Shown piece after piece: positions 18,044-28,829 of a DNA stretch of 32,000 nt (positions within the stretch are counted from its first letter, which is position 1; the number at the start of each line of letters is the position of its first letter). Position numbers and translations under genes: made by a program. The DNA is from Trichodesmium erythraeum IMS101 (lineage in GTDB: Bacteria; Cyanobacteriota; Cyanobacteriia; Cyanobacteriales; Microcoleaceae): positions 3,090,001 through 3,122,000 of the forward strand of contig NC_008312.1 in assembly GCF_000014265.1 (NCBI RefSeq). Direction: 5' to 3'. The notes beneath the pieces were generated by a model. It ran no database searches, was not told the origin of the DNA, and saw only the letters and a list, made by a program, of their open reading frames with translations.

Positions 18044-18772
18044 ATGAACGAAATACAAGAAACACCAAAAAAAAAGCTAACACTAAACAAGCTAATCAAA
18101 CCCCTCTTAATTATATTTGGAGTAGCTACTCTCTTAACTATTGCTCAGAAATTTTTTAATGCTCAACAACTATTGGAAAATGCCTTAAATTGGATTGATA
18201 CACTTAGCCCCTGGGGCCCGATAGCTTTTATTACTATCTATATTTTGGCCACAGTTTTATTTCTACCTGGCTCACTACTAACCCTTGGTGCAGGTTTCCT
18301 TTTCGGCCCTCTTTTTGGTTCTATTTACGTCTCTATCGGTTCAACTATAGGTGCAACTTTTGCTTTCTTAGTCGGTCGCTATCTAGCACGGGGTTGGGTT
18401 TACAAACAAATTGAAGGAAATGAAGAATTTAAGGCCATTGACAAAGCTGTAGCCGATGAGGGATGGAAAATTGTTGGCCTAACCCGTTTGTCTCCCATTT
18501 TTCCTTTTAACTTGCTTAATTATGCTTTTGGCCTAACTCAAGTTTCTCTACAACACTATTTTTTTGCATCTTGGATCGGAATGATGCCAGGAACAGTAAT
18601 GTATGTATATTTGGGATCCTTGGCTGGTAGTTTGGCAACTTTGGGTACAGAAGAGCGATCGCGCACCACCACAGAATGGGTTCTCTATGGAGTAGGTTTA
18701 ATAGCCACAGTTGCTGTAACTTTTTACGTTACCAAAATCGCTAAAAAAGCCTTACAAAAGAAAATATCCTAG
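18044..18772 (+). CDS. TVP38/TMEM64 (DedA/SNARE-associated) family membrane protein
   Basis: 242 aa, multi-pass. LPGSLLTLGAGFLFG and LTRLSPIFPFNLLNYAFGLTQVS are typical of the family. Confidence 0.85.
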   Translation: MNEIQETPKKKLTLNKLIKPLLIIFGVATLLTIAQKFFNAQQLLENALNWIDTLSPWGPIAFITIYILATVLFLPGSLLTLGAGFLFGPLFGSIYVSIGSTIGATFAFLVGRYLARGWVYKQIEGNEEFKAIDKAVADEGWKIVGLTRLSPIFPFNLLNYAFGLTQVSLQHYFFASWIGMMPGTVMYVYLGSLAGSLATLGTEERSRTTTEWVLYGVGLIATVAVTFYVTKIAKKALQKKIS

Positions 18773-19508
18773 TGTATGTGTTGTAAAAATTAGTAATATT
18801 ATTTTTTTGTTAAATTTTCTTGGCTTCAGGCTTTTTTTACAATATTTATAAGTATATTAATTTGTGTAATCAAATATTAAAGTATATTGCAGGATTCTTT
18901 TTGACTTTAGCACAGGTATCAAGAGTTATATTGCAGAAAATTTTTTGGGTTTTAAGAGTTAAAGGCCAAGTTATTATTCTTGATGGTAACCAAAAAAAAC
19001 TTGCGACAAACTGAGTGGTTGACAGAAATCTTTAAGAAACCTTACATTAAGTCTTATACTAGAGGTACAATTGAAGCTTAATGAGGAGCGGCAGGATTTG
19101 ATGCAGTTTTCACTCTCAATTGTCGCTATCTAGATATATCCTGGCTGTATCAGGTTAGTTGTGCCATTAAGCCACCTTTGGATATAGACCAAAATAGCAT
19201 GCCACAAGTAAACCATAAATGTACAAAATCCGGGTAATGGTAGTGGTTATTTTTATGCTCCTAATTATTATTACAATTGGCACCTATGATAAATATTTGC
19301 TATAATTAGAAACTACTTGGACTTTACCGCTAATTTTTTACAGGTAAGTTATTATGTAAGCTGAGGGACAAAATTTATAGTACTTTCCATTGCCTGTAAG
19401 GTACAGCAAGAATAATTAGGAAAGCAAGCCTATTTTTGAAATGTTGAAGACTCATTAACTTCAGTGTAACGCCTGATAATTCTACTTAACAAGATAAATT
19501 AACAATTT

Positions 19509-20204
19509 ATGACTCTTAAAGCTGTTTTGTTTGATTTTAATGGTGTAATTATTAATGATGATTTTCTGCACGAAAAATTAATAGCACAATTACTGCTTGA
19601 GGAAAATCTACTACTTAAAGCAGGAGAATATCAGAAGTTTTGTTTAGGAAGAAGCGATAAAGCTGGTTTGGAAGATCTATTGATTCATAGAGGTAGATAT
19701 GTTAAGCAAGAGTATTTGGAGCGATTAATCAAACGCAAAACTCTAAGTTATCAACAACAGTTAGAAAGTCTTGAAAAGTTACCAATTTATTCAGATACAA
19801 TAGATTTTATTTCTCAGCTTTCTCAGACTGATCTGAAAATCGCTTTGGTTACTGGTGCTGTCCGAGCGGATGTAGAATTAGTATTAAATAAAGCTAATTT
19901 AGTTGATTTTTTTAAAGTAACTATTACTGGAGATGATATCAAGGCAAGTAAACCAGAACCTGATTGTTACTTGTTAGCGGTAGATATTTTAAATCAACAA
20001 TATATAGATATTAATCTAAAACCTTCAGAATGTTTAGTAATTGAGAATACTTTTCCCGGAATTAAAGCAGCTAAATTAGCAGGAATGCCTGTAGTTGCTG
20101 TTGCTCATACTTATCCATTCCATATGCTCCAACGTTTAGCTAATTGGTGTGTCGATTATCTTTCTGATTTAGAATTGGATAGAATACAAAAAGTTTATCA
20201 ATAA
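19509..20204 (+). CDS. HAD-superfamily (beta-phosphoglucomutase-like subfamily IA) protein with atypical catalytic motifs
   Basis: Motif I LFDFNGV (DxN instead of DxD). Motif II ALVTGA. Motif III KASKPEPD. Motif IV IENTFPGIKAAKLAG (EN instead of ED). Confidence 0.8.
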   Translation: MTLKAVLFDFNGVIINDDFLHEKLIAQLLLEENLLLKAGEYQKFCLGRSDKAGLEDLLIHRGRYVKQEYLERLIKRKTLSYQQQLESLEKLPIYSDTIDFISQLSQTDLKIALVTGAVRADVELVLNKANLVDFFKVTITGDDIKASKPEPDCYLLAVDILNQQYIDINLKPSECLVIENTFPGIKAAKLAGMPVVAVAHTYPFHMLQRLANWCVDYLSDLELDRIQKVYQ

Positions 20205-20459
20205 GTTATACACAACAATACTATTGTCTCAAAAAAAACATACACATAGAATATATATATGTATACATGTAAGTAGGGCTTGCTGATTAATTCTCAAAGC
20301 ATTGACATAAATTCTGCTCATAGCTAAATTAAGAAGTTTCAAAAAGTACCAGAAGTTAGGCGTTGCTCATTAGTCATGATCTACCCTGATGTAGGAAGAG
20401 TATAAAACTTTAGATAGTACATTAGAAGACAAATAGAATATTTGAAAATCTCAAGTTAC

Positions 20460-21066
20460 TTAGACTAACAAAGGGTTTTGTATGGGATGGCAAGCCCAAT
20501 AATGTAGGAGTCGATTATTTTCCCGTTTCACCCTGGTCATATAAGTTTTATTGACTCAGTGATACTCTCAAGGAATAAAGCAGGGCTATACAGAATAACC
20601 ATCACTTACATACCAAAAGCTATGCTAATACCTAAATTATTAACCACAAATATTCAAAGGTTTTGCTGCTGTGTTTCGCGGAGCTACATGAAACGCGGTA
20701 GCGTTGCCTAAGCACATCGCCTAAAGTCCATAATAATATTCCTTGCCTAGCTTCTCATGATTGATTAGTTTCTAAATCCCAACTTTTTGTTTATTATGGC
20801 CTTAAAATATGTAACTCATAAATTTCAGTTATTTTAGGTGTCTCTTTCTCTTCGGGGGGATCTGGTAATTTTTACCTGCATCTTTTAATCCATTTGATCA
20901 TGGTTGTATGATGAACCTCTGTTACTCTTTGGAAAACTCGTCAACCCATACCATTGGGATACATCTCTAGACACAGTTCTTTTATCTTTGGTAAATAGGG
21001 TTGACTCTTAGGGGACTCAAGGAATTGACGACCACAGCATTTAAGATTGGAAAAACTGTTGGCCAT
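20460..21066 (-). pseudogene. Heavily decayed IS1-family transposase gene
   Basis: Collinear remnants on the minus strand: KCCGRQFLESPKSQPYLPKIKELCLEMYPNGMG*RVFQRVTEVHHTTMIKWIKR, LPDPPEEKETPKITEIYELHILRP**TKSW, GILLWTLGD...KTFEYLW, and IP*EYH*VNKTYMTRVKRENNRLLHY. There are multiple in-frame stops and frame changes, and the N-terminal zinc-finger part is missing. Confidence 0.6.
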
Positions 21067-21591
21067 GTATTAGGCTATTTTTCCTAGTTTGGGTGGAGTT
21101 TTATGATTCTGTCATGTCGTACTTGTTGTTATTCCAGGATTTCAATCAGATATTCCACCAGTTGTGCTACCTGATAACTTTTAGTTGTTACTGCCAAGGA
21201 AAATAAAATACTCAAAGTATTTTTTTTAATATGGGCTACATAATTAAGTCCCATTATAAATAAGTAAATAACTACATCATTTTGTAAAGATATCAGTAAT
21301 AACTATAACTTATTATTTAATACTATCTGTTCTGAGTACTATTCAGTTATTATTTAATAAATGTAAAATAATAGTTAAGGAAATACAGGATTTAAGGAAT
21401 ATATGTATAGAGAAACACTCTAATTATTAGTCTTGGCAAAAAAATAAGGCCTCAAGTTTCCTCTTTTAAGGGGATGAAAAAAAATATTCGCCATTATGTA
21501 TTCTATGCCTCAGGCTTCAGTAGTTGTTACTGATAACTAGAAATGCCAATCTCCTAAGCAAAAACGGGTATTAAATTTATATGGAGGTTAT

Positions 21592-21828
21592 ATGACTCCC
21601 ACAATGTTACGTCAGCTTTGGTCTATAATAGAAAACTCCCAAGCTACAATCTTAGTATCACTAGATGATGCTACCTTAGTTCAGTGGTTAATCAAACAGC
21701 TAAAAACAAGAACTGGCATAAACTGTAGAGATGCAGATTTAATGAATGAATATATTATCTCTCGATTATCCTTAATTCGGGATTTAGCTGAGGAACGTTT
21801 AGGAACTAAGACTTCACCATTATTATAA
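21592..21828 (+). CDS. Hypothetical small protein (78 aa)
   Basis: ATG preceded by GGAGG 5 nt upstream. Balanced, non-low-complexity composition. No recognisable motif. Confidence 0.5.
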   Translation: MTPTMLRQLWSIIENSQATILVSLDDATLVQWLIKQLKTRTGINCRDADLMNEYIISRLSLIRDLAEERLGTKTSPLL

Positions 21829-22153
21829 TATCTATGTTGAGGTTGAAAGTCAAACTATAATAGACGAGACCTTGAAGGTAATTATAATAAGTAAACCTAA
21901 TTAGCTATTTTTACTATGCTGAACTTTAAGTCAACAGCAAAAACTTAGAATAATAGTTGATTTAACTCACAGAAGCGATCGCCAAGTATGATAGCCCAAA
22001 TTATATAGAGGTATCAAAGGTGCATAACTACATTTATTTGAACCAGGAAATATGACTAGGCAATTTTAAGAGCTACATCAAGTTAATATATTTTCAGATT
22101 ATGGTAGCTTTAAGTAGGTTATTTTTCTCAAAACAAAAAAATCATAATTAACT

Positions 22154-23221
22154 ATGAAAAAATGGCAGTCTATAATAGCAGCTTTGTTGATGATAATACC
22201 AATTACAGCTTGTGAAGTTGAAGGTACATCAGACCAAAAAGAAGTTACTCAGGAAAATAAACAAGTCACTAGTCGTTTAGATATTGTCAAAAATCGTGGT
22301 AAACTGATCTGTGGTGTAGAAGGTGGTATTCCTGGATTCAGTTTTGTAGACAAGAATGGTAACTACTCAGGAATAGATGTAGATATCTGTAAGGCGGTAG
22401 CGGCGGCATTATTCAATGATCCAAATCTAGTAGAGTATCGTAACTTAGATTCAACGGAGCGTTTTACTGCTCTTAACGGTGGGGAAGTAGATATGCTTTC
22501 TCGCAACACAACATGGACTGTTAGTCGAGATACTACTGTTGGTCTTGAGTTTGCCCCTACTACATTTTATGATGGTCAAGGCATGATGGTTCGTGCTAAT
22601 AGTGGAGTTGAATCTTTAGAGGACTTGCAAGGCAAATCAATTTGTGTCGAAGCAGGGACAACTACAGAATTAAACTTAACAGATAATCTCCGCCAACGAA
22701 ATGTGACAGCTGAGACATTAACGTTTCAACAAGCAGACCCAGCTTATGCAGCTTATGCTGAAGGGCGTTGTGATGGGATGACTTCTGATAAGTCTCAATT
22801 ATTGAGTCGTCGTAGTACTCTACCAAGTCCAAATGATCATGTTATTCTACAGGTCACTATGTCCAAAGAGCCTTTAGGTCCAGTCACAAAAAATAATGAT
22901 TCTGCTTGGTTTGACGTGGTTAAATGGGTGACTTATGCTTTAATAGAAGCTGAAGAGTTAGGTATTACTCAAGAAAATGTAGATGACTTGAAGCAAAATT
23001 CTGATAACCCTACTATAAGGCGCTTTTTAGGAGTAGATGGAGACCTGGGTGAAGGTTTGGGTTTAAGCAATGATTTTGCTTATAGAGTAATTAAGAATGT
23101 TGGAAACTACGCTGAAGTCTATGATCGTAACTTAGGAGAAGAATCTCAGTTTAAGTTACCTCGGGGTATGAATAATTTATGGACGAAGGGTGGTTTGCTT
23201 TATTCTCCTCCATTCCGTTAG
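22154..23221 (+). CDS. aapJ: General L-amino-acid ABC transporter substrate-binding lipoprotein (AapJ / NatF type)
   Basis: 355 aa. Signal peptide with lipobox ITAC. Family 3 solute-binding-protein features (GIDVDICKAVA, DMLSRNTTWT). Followed by two permeases and an ATPase of the same system. Confidence 0.85.
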   Translation: MKKWQSIIAALLMIIPITACEVEGTSDQKEVTQENKQVTSRLDIVKNRGKLICGVEGGIPGFSFVDKNGNYSGIDVDICKAVAAALFNDPNLVEYRNLDSTERFTALNGGEVDMLSRNTTWTVSRDTTVGLEFAPTTFYDGQGMMVRANSGVESLEDLQGKSICVEAGTTTELNLTDNLRQRNVTAETLTFQQADPAYAAYAEGRCDGMTSDKSQLLSRRSTLPSPNDHVILQVTMSKEPLGPVTKNNDSAWFDVVKWVTYALIEAEELGITQENVDDLKQNSDNPTIRRFLGVDGDLGEGLGLSNDFAYRVIKNVGNYAEVYDRNLGEESQFKLPRGMNNLWTKGGLLYSPPFR

Positions 23222-23235
23222 ATATCAAAAAAAGT

Positions 23236-23277
23236 AAAGATTTGGGAGTTAACCTAAGCTCAATTTCCCAAATCTTT
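23236..23277 (+). terminator. Perfect 12-bp stem hairpin 15 nt downstream of the aapJ stop
   Basis: AAAGATTTGGGA (23236-23247) and TCCCAAATCTTT (23266-23277) are exact reverse complements with an 18-nt loop. No clear U-tract follows, so it may be a processing or stability hairpin rather than an intrinsic terminator. Confidence 0.4.
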
Positions 23278-24066
23278 AATAAGTTTAGCTGGTCTCTATA
23301 GATTTTGGATTAAGTTAGGAATTAATTAATGATCACTATGATAGATCATCTATTAATAAATTCAGGACTCAGAAGTTATTTTTGTCATAGCAATTTTGAA
23401 CAACCACCCTCCAAAAATATTTGATCAATAATCAAGCAAGGCGGTATTTTAGAGTATTGCTAAACCACGAGATGAATATAAGTGGCTACCTAAAAATATA
23501 AAGAATAGGCAAGATACCTAGGCTATAAAACTATTAATAATAAAGCTATTAATAATAGTATTAAATTATCTTACGTTTATACAAATCCAGTTTGATAATC
23601 AATTATTTTGATTAATGTAGATGAGAATAAAAATTTATTGGCAGGACATTGAATAGAAATTATTTGCAGAAGTGGATATATTTTCTCTTAAAAACTTTGC
23701 TATTTTCTTGACTTTTTTATACTTAGCACTACCTCCGCGTTCAATCAGAATGCTACTTTCATCTGGCTATTGGCTAGAATAAATATTGGCCCTAGGTTTG
23801 ATGGGTCTATTTTTTGTCTTGAACTACCGGACTGCTATTTATTAGTTTACTTATATTATAACATATAATTTAAAAAAAAACAACTAGAGATTCCCACGGT
23901 TATGGGCAATACTTTAAACTAAATTTTTCCCTAAAGCATTTGCTTTAACTTGATTCTAGTTGGTGACTCTTGACTTATAAAAAGAGTAATGCATAGCTTA
24001 GATATAATGAGAAATATTTACTATCTACACTACTTTTTGTTTAACTATTTATTATATCCCTAAAAG

Positions 24067-25233
24067 ATGATTGACGACAAAAATCAAAAAATTCCCCTAT
24101 GGCGAGATGATAGATTTTGGCGTGTTGCCTTGCAAGTTTTAGCTATCATAATTTTTGTTGTGGTTGTATTTATAATGATTAGTAACCTCAGCCGCAATTT
24201 AGCACAACAAGGCACAAGGTTTGGCTTCAGTTTTCTAGACAATGAAGCTGCATTTAGTATTAGTGAAAGTTTGATTCCTTACGAAGCAAGTGACCCCTAT
24301 ATTCAAGTATTATTAGCAGGTTTATTTAATTCTCTGCGAGTAATGATTTTAGGAATTTTCTTGACAACAATACTGGGAATAGTAGCAGGTATCGCTAGTT
24401 TTTCTGAGAATTGGTTACTCCGGAATTTGAATCGAGTTTATGTGGAAGTTGTTAGAAATACTCCCCTATTATTACAGTTATTTTTTTGGTATTTTGCCGT
24501 TTTTTTCAATCTACCATTACCTCAAGAAAAATTAGAATTACCAGGACCAATATTTATGAGTAAACGAGGAATAGCTATTCCTTGGCCGGAAAATACTGTT
24601 AATGTTTGGTTATGGTTAATAGTTTTATTTTTAGGAGCGATCGCTGCTATATTTATTTGGCAATGGCGGAATAAATTAATGACAGAAAAAGCAGCATCTG
24701 GTCAACCACAACTTATAGCTATAATTACCATAGGAATTATGGAGCTATTAATTATTATATTTGCTTTGGGTTGGCAAGCACCTATAGCAACAGAAACAGG
24801 AGGTACAAAAGGAGGATTAAATTTAACACTAGAAATCTCAGCTTTACTAGTAGGATTAGTATTTTATACGGGTGCTTTTATTGCTGAAATTGTTCGTTCT
24901 GGGATTCAAGCAGTGCCAAAAGGGCAATGGGAAGCAGCTAAATCTTTAGGATTAAAGCCTGGTTTAGTAATGAGGTTAGTTATTTTTCCTCAAGCATTAC
25001 GGGTTATGATTCCATCATTAAATAGTCAATATATGAATTTAGCTAAAAACTCTAGTTTAGCAATAGCTATTGGTTATCCAGATTTATATGCTGTAGCTAA
25101 TACTACTTATAATCAAACAGGTCGTCCTATAGAAGTATTTATTTTAATTATGGTGGTTTATCTTTCCATAAATTTGATAATTTCTCTATCTATGAATTTT
25201 TTGAATAAAAGTGTTCAATTAAAAGAAAGATAA
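24067..25233 (+). CDS. aapQ: Amino-acid ABC transporter permease (AapQ / NatG type)
   Basis: 388 aa, multi-pass. EAA-type loop GIQAVPKGQWEAAKSLGL. The long N-terminal extension is typical of AapQ. Confidence 0.85.
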   Translation: MIDDKNQKIPLWRDDRFWRVALQVLAIIIFVVVVFIMISNLSRNLAQQGTRFGFSFLDNEAAFSISESLIPYEASDPYIQVLLAGLFNSLRVMILGIFLTTILGIVAGIASFSENWLLRNLNRVYVEVVRNTPLLLQLFFWYFAVFFNLPLPQEKLELPGPIFMSKRGIAIPWPENTVNVWLWLIVLFLGAIAAIFIWQWRNKLMTEKAASGQPQLIAIITIGIMELLIIIFALGWQAPIATETGGTKGGLNLTLEISALLVGLVFYTGAFIAEIVRSGIQAVPKGQWEAAKSLGLKPGLVMRLVIFPQALRVMIPSLNSQYMNLAKNSSLAIAIGYPDLYAVANTTYNQTGRPIEVFILIMVVYLSINLIISLSMNFLNKSVQLKER

Positions 25234-26124
25234 TCAAATTAAAAAGTCAATTAATCTATAATCTTTCTAAGGGCTATCCATAATCAGGAATTCCTAAAAC
25301 TATTTTATGATAGGCAGATTGGTGGTGAGTATATAAGGTCTCTAAGACTTACAAAATAAGCATAATTAACATGATTTATAGAGCAAAAAGGTTATTCTAT
25401 TTGTATTAATTATTTAATAGAAGTCTAGCTCTATACAAGCTACATTATTTACCTTCCGGTGAGCTAAAATAATTAGAGTTAGCTGAGAAAAATAAAAGTA
25501 TTTACTTGAATATTACTAAGTGCTTTGTTTTGTGGGAAAAATGCACAATCTTTTGCCAATATTTTCCTCAAAAGCATCAATTTTGAAGAAGCTATTCAAG
25601 GCAGAAAAATTAAAAGAAAATACTTCCGAATATATTTTCTGTAGTTTCCATTTATCTGTGCTTTTATTTATTAATTCGATTCTGTTGACTTACCTCCTAA
25701 CTTTACCGATAAATTTATTCAACAAGTCCTAATTATAATAGGTAAATAATAATACTACAGCACTTAAGGTAACTTTTGATTAAGTAAATAGTATGAATTC
25801 ATAAAAATTGCTCTAATGAAATATATTTTATATCTCAAAATATCTATTAAATAGCAAATTCGTAAATCCTATATTTTATCAATTTATATGTTAATAAATA
25901 AGTTTATAAAGCATAGGTTGAGGGAGAAACTAAAAAGTAAAAGTTGAAGATTTTATAGGCTTAAAGCTTGGATGCTAATTTCAAAATATACTGCTACATT
26001 AACTTTTTTCTAGTTAGGAAATATGTAGATTTGGCAATACAGAAAAATTAAATAGAGAACAAGAGTTTTTCTTATTCCCTTTGATATAATGTTGATTTAA
26101 TAAATGTTTGTTACATTTTCTTGA

Positions 26125-26230
26125 GTAGGGAACTCAGCCCTAACTCCGACCGTGGAGACTAACTAACTCTGAATATCTCCCAGAAAGGGAAACCAGAAGA
26201 ATAGATAGGGATGTGGCATGTAATGTCCGT
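26125..26230 (+). other. GC-rich island in the aapQ-aapM spacer; possible tnpB C-terminal relic or structured RNA
   Basis: Composition stands out from the AT-rich flanks. One frame reads ...YLPERETRRIDRDVACNVRIKF..., loosely resembling the TnpB zinc-finger/RuvC-III region (C-P-x-C-G...D-R-D-x-N-A-A-x-N-I). No start codon and no long ORF. Confidence 0.2.
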
Positions 26231-26620
26231 ATAAAATTTATAAAATTAATACGCTTTTAGAGTGCTAATTATCAAAAAAGTTATTGGTAGAATGTTAATT
26301 ACTTAATAATTGAAGTTTTACTCAAGTTAGGTATTCTTTTTTCACTCTTGGTATAATAACCATTACTGAAAATCTTGGGTTTCGGTTGCTCAAACTAGCC
26401 TACGCAATAACCTACTTTTTCATAATTATTAGTACTTTGACATTTTTAAGAGCAGGAAAATGCTTATGACTAATATTTTGGGGTAAAGAAAGTTTGTAAT
26501 TATTACTTACTTGAAACCTAGATAGTTCAGGAAATAGCTTGATTAAATGTCAAACAATTATTATATAAAAGTTTGATAGTATTCAAATATAATTTTTTGC
26601 CAAAGTACCATTATGAATGT

Positions 26621-27832
26621 ATGAAAAAAATTAATACAAATGAATTCTATGCTCCACCATTTCCAGAAAATAATGCCATCAAATGGCTCAGAGAAAATTT
26701 TTTTAGTACCTGGTACAACACCCTACTAAGCTTAATATTATTCAGCCTAATTTTATGGGGTGTAATTAACTTTATTTCCTGGGCAAAAACAGAAGCAGAA
26801 TGGCAAGTTATAAAAGTTAACTTGCCATTATTAATGGTGGGTAGATATCCTAGAGACCAATATTGGCGCATCTGGGTAATAGTCGGAATAATTTCTAGTT
26901 TATTTGGTTTTTCTTGGGGAGTTATTGCTAGAAATTCAGCTCAACTATTTACGTTGCCAGTTTTAATTGGCATCGCTTTTTTACCTGTAATTATATTAAT
27001 TATCCCAGTAAATGTATTTTTTAAACTATTACTATTAGGGATGGTAATTTTAGTTGTTGCTACAGCCTGGAGTGGAAAAAAATTAAGCATAAAAAATAGC
27101 AAATTAGGGAAATATCTATCTTTTTATTGGTTGATTGCTTTTATCTTAATTGTCTGGTTAATTGGGGGCGGTTTGGGTCTAAAGTCTGTTTCTACAAATG
27201 ACTGGGGTGGTTTAATGCTAACTGTATTAATGGCTGTAGTTAGCATTTTTTTATCTTTTCCATTAGGGGTTTTATTAGCTTTGGGCAGACAAAGTACATT
27301 ACCAGTAATTAGAATTTTTTCTATTGGTTATATTGAAATTATTCGTGGATTACCTTTAATTTCAATTCTATTTATGGGGCAAATTCTGATTCCTCTATTT
27401 TTGCCAGATGGAATGCGACCTGATAGAATTTTTCGGGCAATTTTAGGATTGACTTTATTTAGTGCTGCTTATTTAGCAGAGAATGTTAGGGGTGGTTTAC
27501 AGTCGGTACTAAGAGGTCAAAGTGAAGCGGCAAAAGCATTAGGTTTAAATACTCCATTGAGTTTAGGATTAATTGTTTTACCTCAAGCTTTAAAAGTAGC
27601 TATTCCCTCTATTGTTGGTCAATTTATTAGTCTATTTCAGGATACTACTTTATTATCAATTGTGGGATTAGTAGAGTTGTTGGGTATTAGTCGCTCTATT
27701 TTAGCTCAACCTGAATTTTTAGGAGATTATGCTGAGGTTTATTTATTTGATGGTATCATTTTTTGGATTGTTTGTTATGCTATGTCAGTAGGTAGTCGGC
27801 AGTTGGAGAAAAAACTAAATACTACGAATTAA
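26621..27832 (+). CDS. aapM: Amino-acid ABC transporter permease (AapM / NatH type)
   Basis: EAA-type loop GLQSVLRGQSEAAKALGL; multi-pass. I prefer ATG 26621 (MKKINTNEFYAPPF...) to the TTG at 26573 used by the ORF track. Confidence 0.85.
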   Translation: MKKINTNEFYAPPFPENNAIKWLRENFFSTWYNTLLSLILFSLILWGVINFISWAKTEAEWQVIKVNLPLLMVGRYPRDQYWRIWVIVGIISSLFGFSWGVIARNSAQLFTLPVLIGIAFLPVIILIIPVNVFFKLLLLGMVILVVATAWSGKKLSIKNSKLGKYLSFYWLIAFILIVWLIGGGLGLKSVSTNDWGGLMLTVLMAVVSIFLSFPLGVLLALGRQSTLPVIRIFSIGYIEIIRGLPLISILFMGQILIPLFLPDGMRPDRIFRAILGLTLFSAAYLAENVRGGLQSVLRGQSEAAKALGLNTPLSLGLIVLPQALKVAIPSIVGQFISLFQDTTLLSIVGLVELLGISRSILAQPEFLGDYAEVYLFDGIIFWIVCYAMSVGSRQLEKKLNTTN

Positions 27833-28052
27833 TTATAGTTATTGGATATTAGTTGAAATCAAAACTATTACTTGTAAAAGATTTCAATTTTATTAATGTT
27901 TTTTCTTACTCGTTCTATTCTGGCTCTATTCTATTTTTCCTAACTATTCTGTACTCCCTACTTCCTAAAAATACTTTTTTGAATAAACCCTAAGCAGATA
28001 TGATTAAAGTTGGGCTTTTTTTCTAAATCTAATCTATAGCTAATAAGAGAAA

Positions 28053-28829
28053 ATGACACAAGCAGAAACACAAAAAACTGAAACACCAATGGATACTAAT
28101 ATAGGAATTATTGCTACAGATGTCCAGAAATGGTACAGCAATAATTTTCATGTTCTCCGTGGAGTAAGTCTCACGGTAAAACCTGGGGAAGTAGTAGTAA
28201 TTATGGGGCCGAGTGGTTCTGGTAAATCGACTTTTATCCGTACTTTTAATGCTTTAGAGGAATTTCAAAAGGGTAGTATTATTGTTGATGGTATTAATTT
28301 ATCCCACGATTTGAAAAATATTGAGGCTATTCGACGAGAAGTGGGGATGGTATTTCAGCAGTTTAATTTATTTCCTCACCTCACAGTTTTACAAAATGTT
28401 ACTTTAGCTCCTATCTGGGTCCGTCGATGGCCAAAGGTGAAGGCGGAAGAGGTGGCAATGCAACTTTTGGAAAGAGTTGATATTTTGGAACAGGCGAAAA
28501 AATTTCCTGGTCAACTTTCGGGAGGTCAGCAACAAAGGGTGGCGATCGCTCGTGCTTTAGCGATGCAACCCAAAATTATGTTATTTGATGAACCAACTTC
28601 AGCATTAGACCCGGAGATGGTACGGGAAGTTTTGGATGTTATGCGTAGTTTAGCAGACTCGGGAATGACTATGGTAGTGGTGACTCATGAGGTAGGGTTT
28701 GCTAGGGAGGTAGCAGATCGAATTGTTTTGATGGCGGATGGGTTATTGGTAGAGGAGGCGACTCCAGATGAGTTTTTCCAAAACCCTAAGGAGGAGCGTA
28801 CCCGCAAGTTTTTGTCACAGATATTGTAG
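28053..28829 (+). CDS. aapP: Amino-acid ABC transporter ATP-binding protein (AapP / BgtA type)
   Basis: Walker [10 protein letters not shown], signature [15 protein letters not shown], Walker [13 protein letters not shown]-loop VVVTHE. Confidence 0.9.
   Translation: MTQAETQKTETPMDTNIGIIATDVQKWYSNNFHVLRGVSLTVKPGEVVVIMGPSGSGKSTFIRTFNALEEFQKGSIIVDGINLSHDLKNIEAIRREVGMVFQQFNLFPHLTVLQNVTLAPIWVRRWPKVKAEEVAMQLLERVDILEQAKKFPGQLSGGQQQRVAIARALAMQPKIMLFDEPTSALDPEMVREVLDVMRSLADSGMTMVVVTHEVGFAREVADRIVLMADGLLVEEATPDEFFQNPKEERTRKFLSQIL

Noticed and set aside
22104-22117. NtcA-like site GTAGCTTTAAGTAG upstream of aapJ
   Set aside because: It is GTA-N8-TAG rather than GTA-N8-TAC. The only -10-like hexamer downstream would put the start site almost on the ATG. 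Too weak to call.
26082-26090. Extended -10 promoter elements TGATATAAT (26082-26090) and TGGTATAAT (26349-26357)
   Set aside because: They are not annotated as features because TATAAT-like words are expected many times by chance in DNA this AT-rich, and no good -35 accompanies them. They are mentioned only as hypotheses in the transporter-spacer finding.
26647-26871. 74-aa minus-strand ORF
   Set aside because: Antisense shadow ORF within the aapM permease gene.
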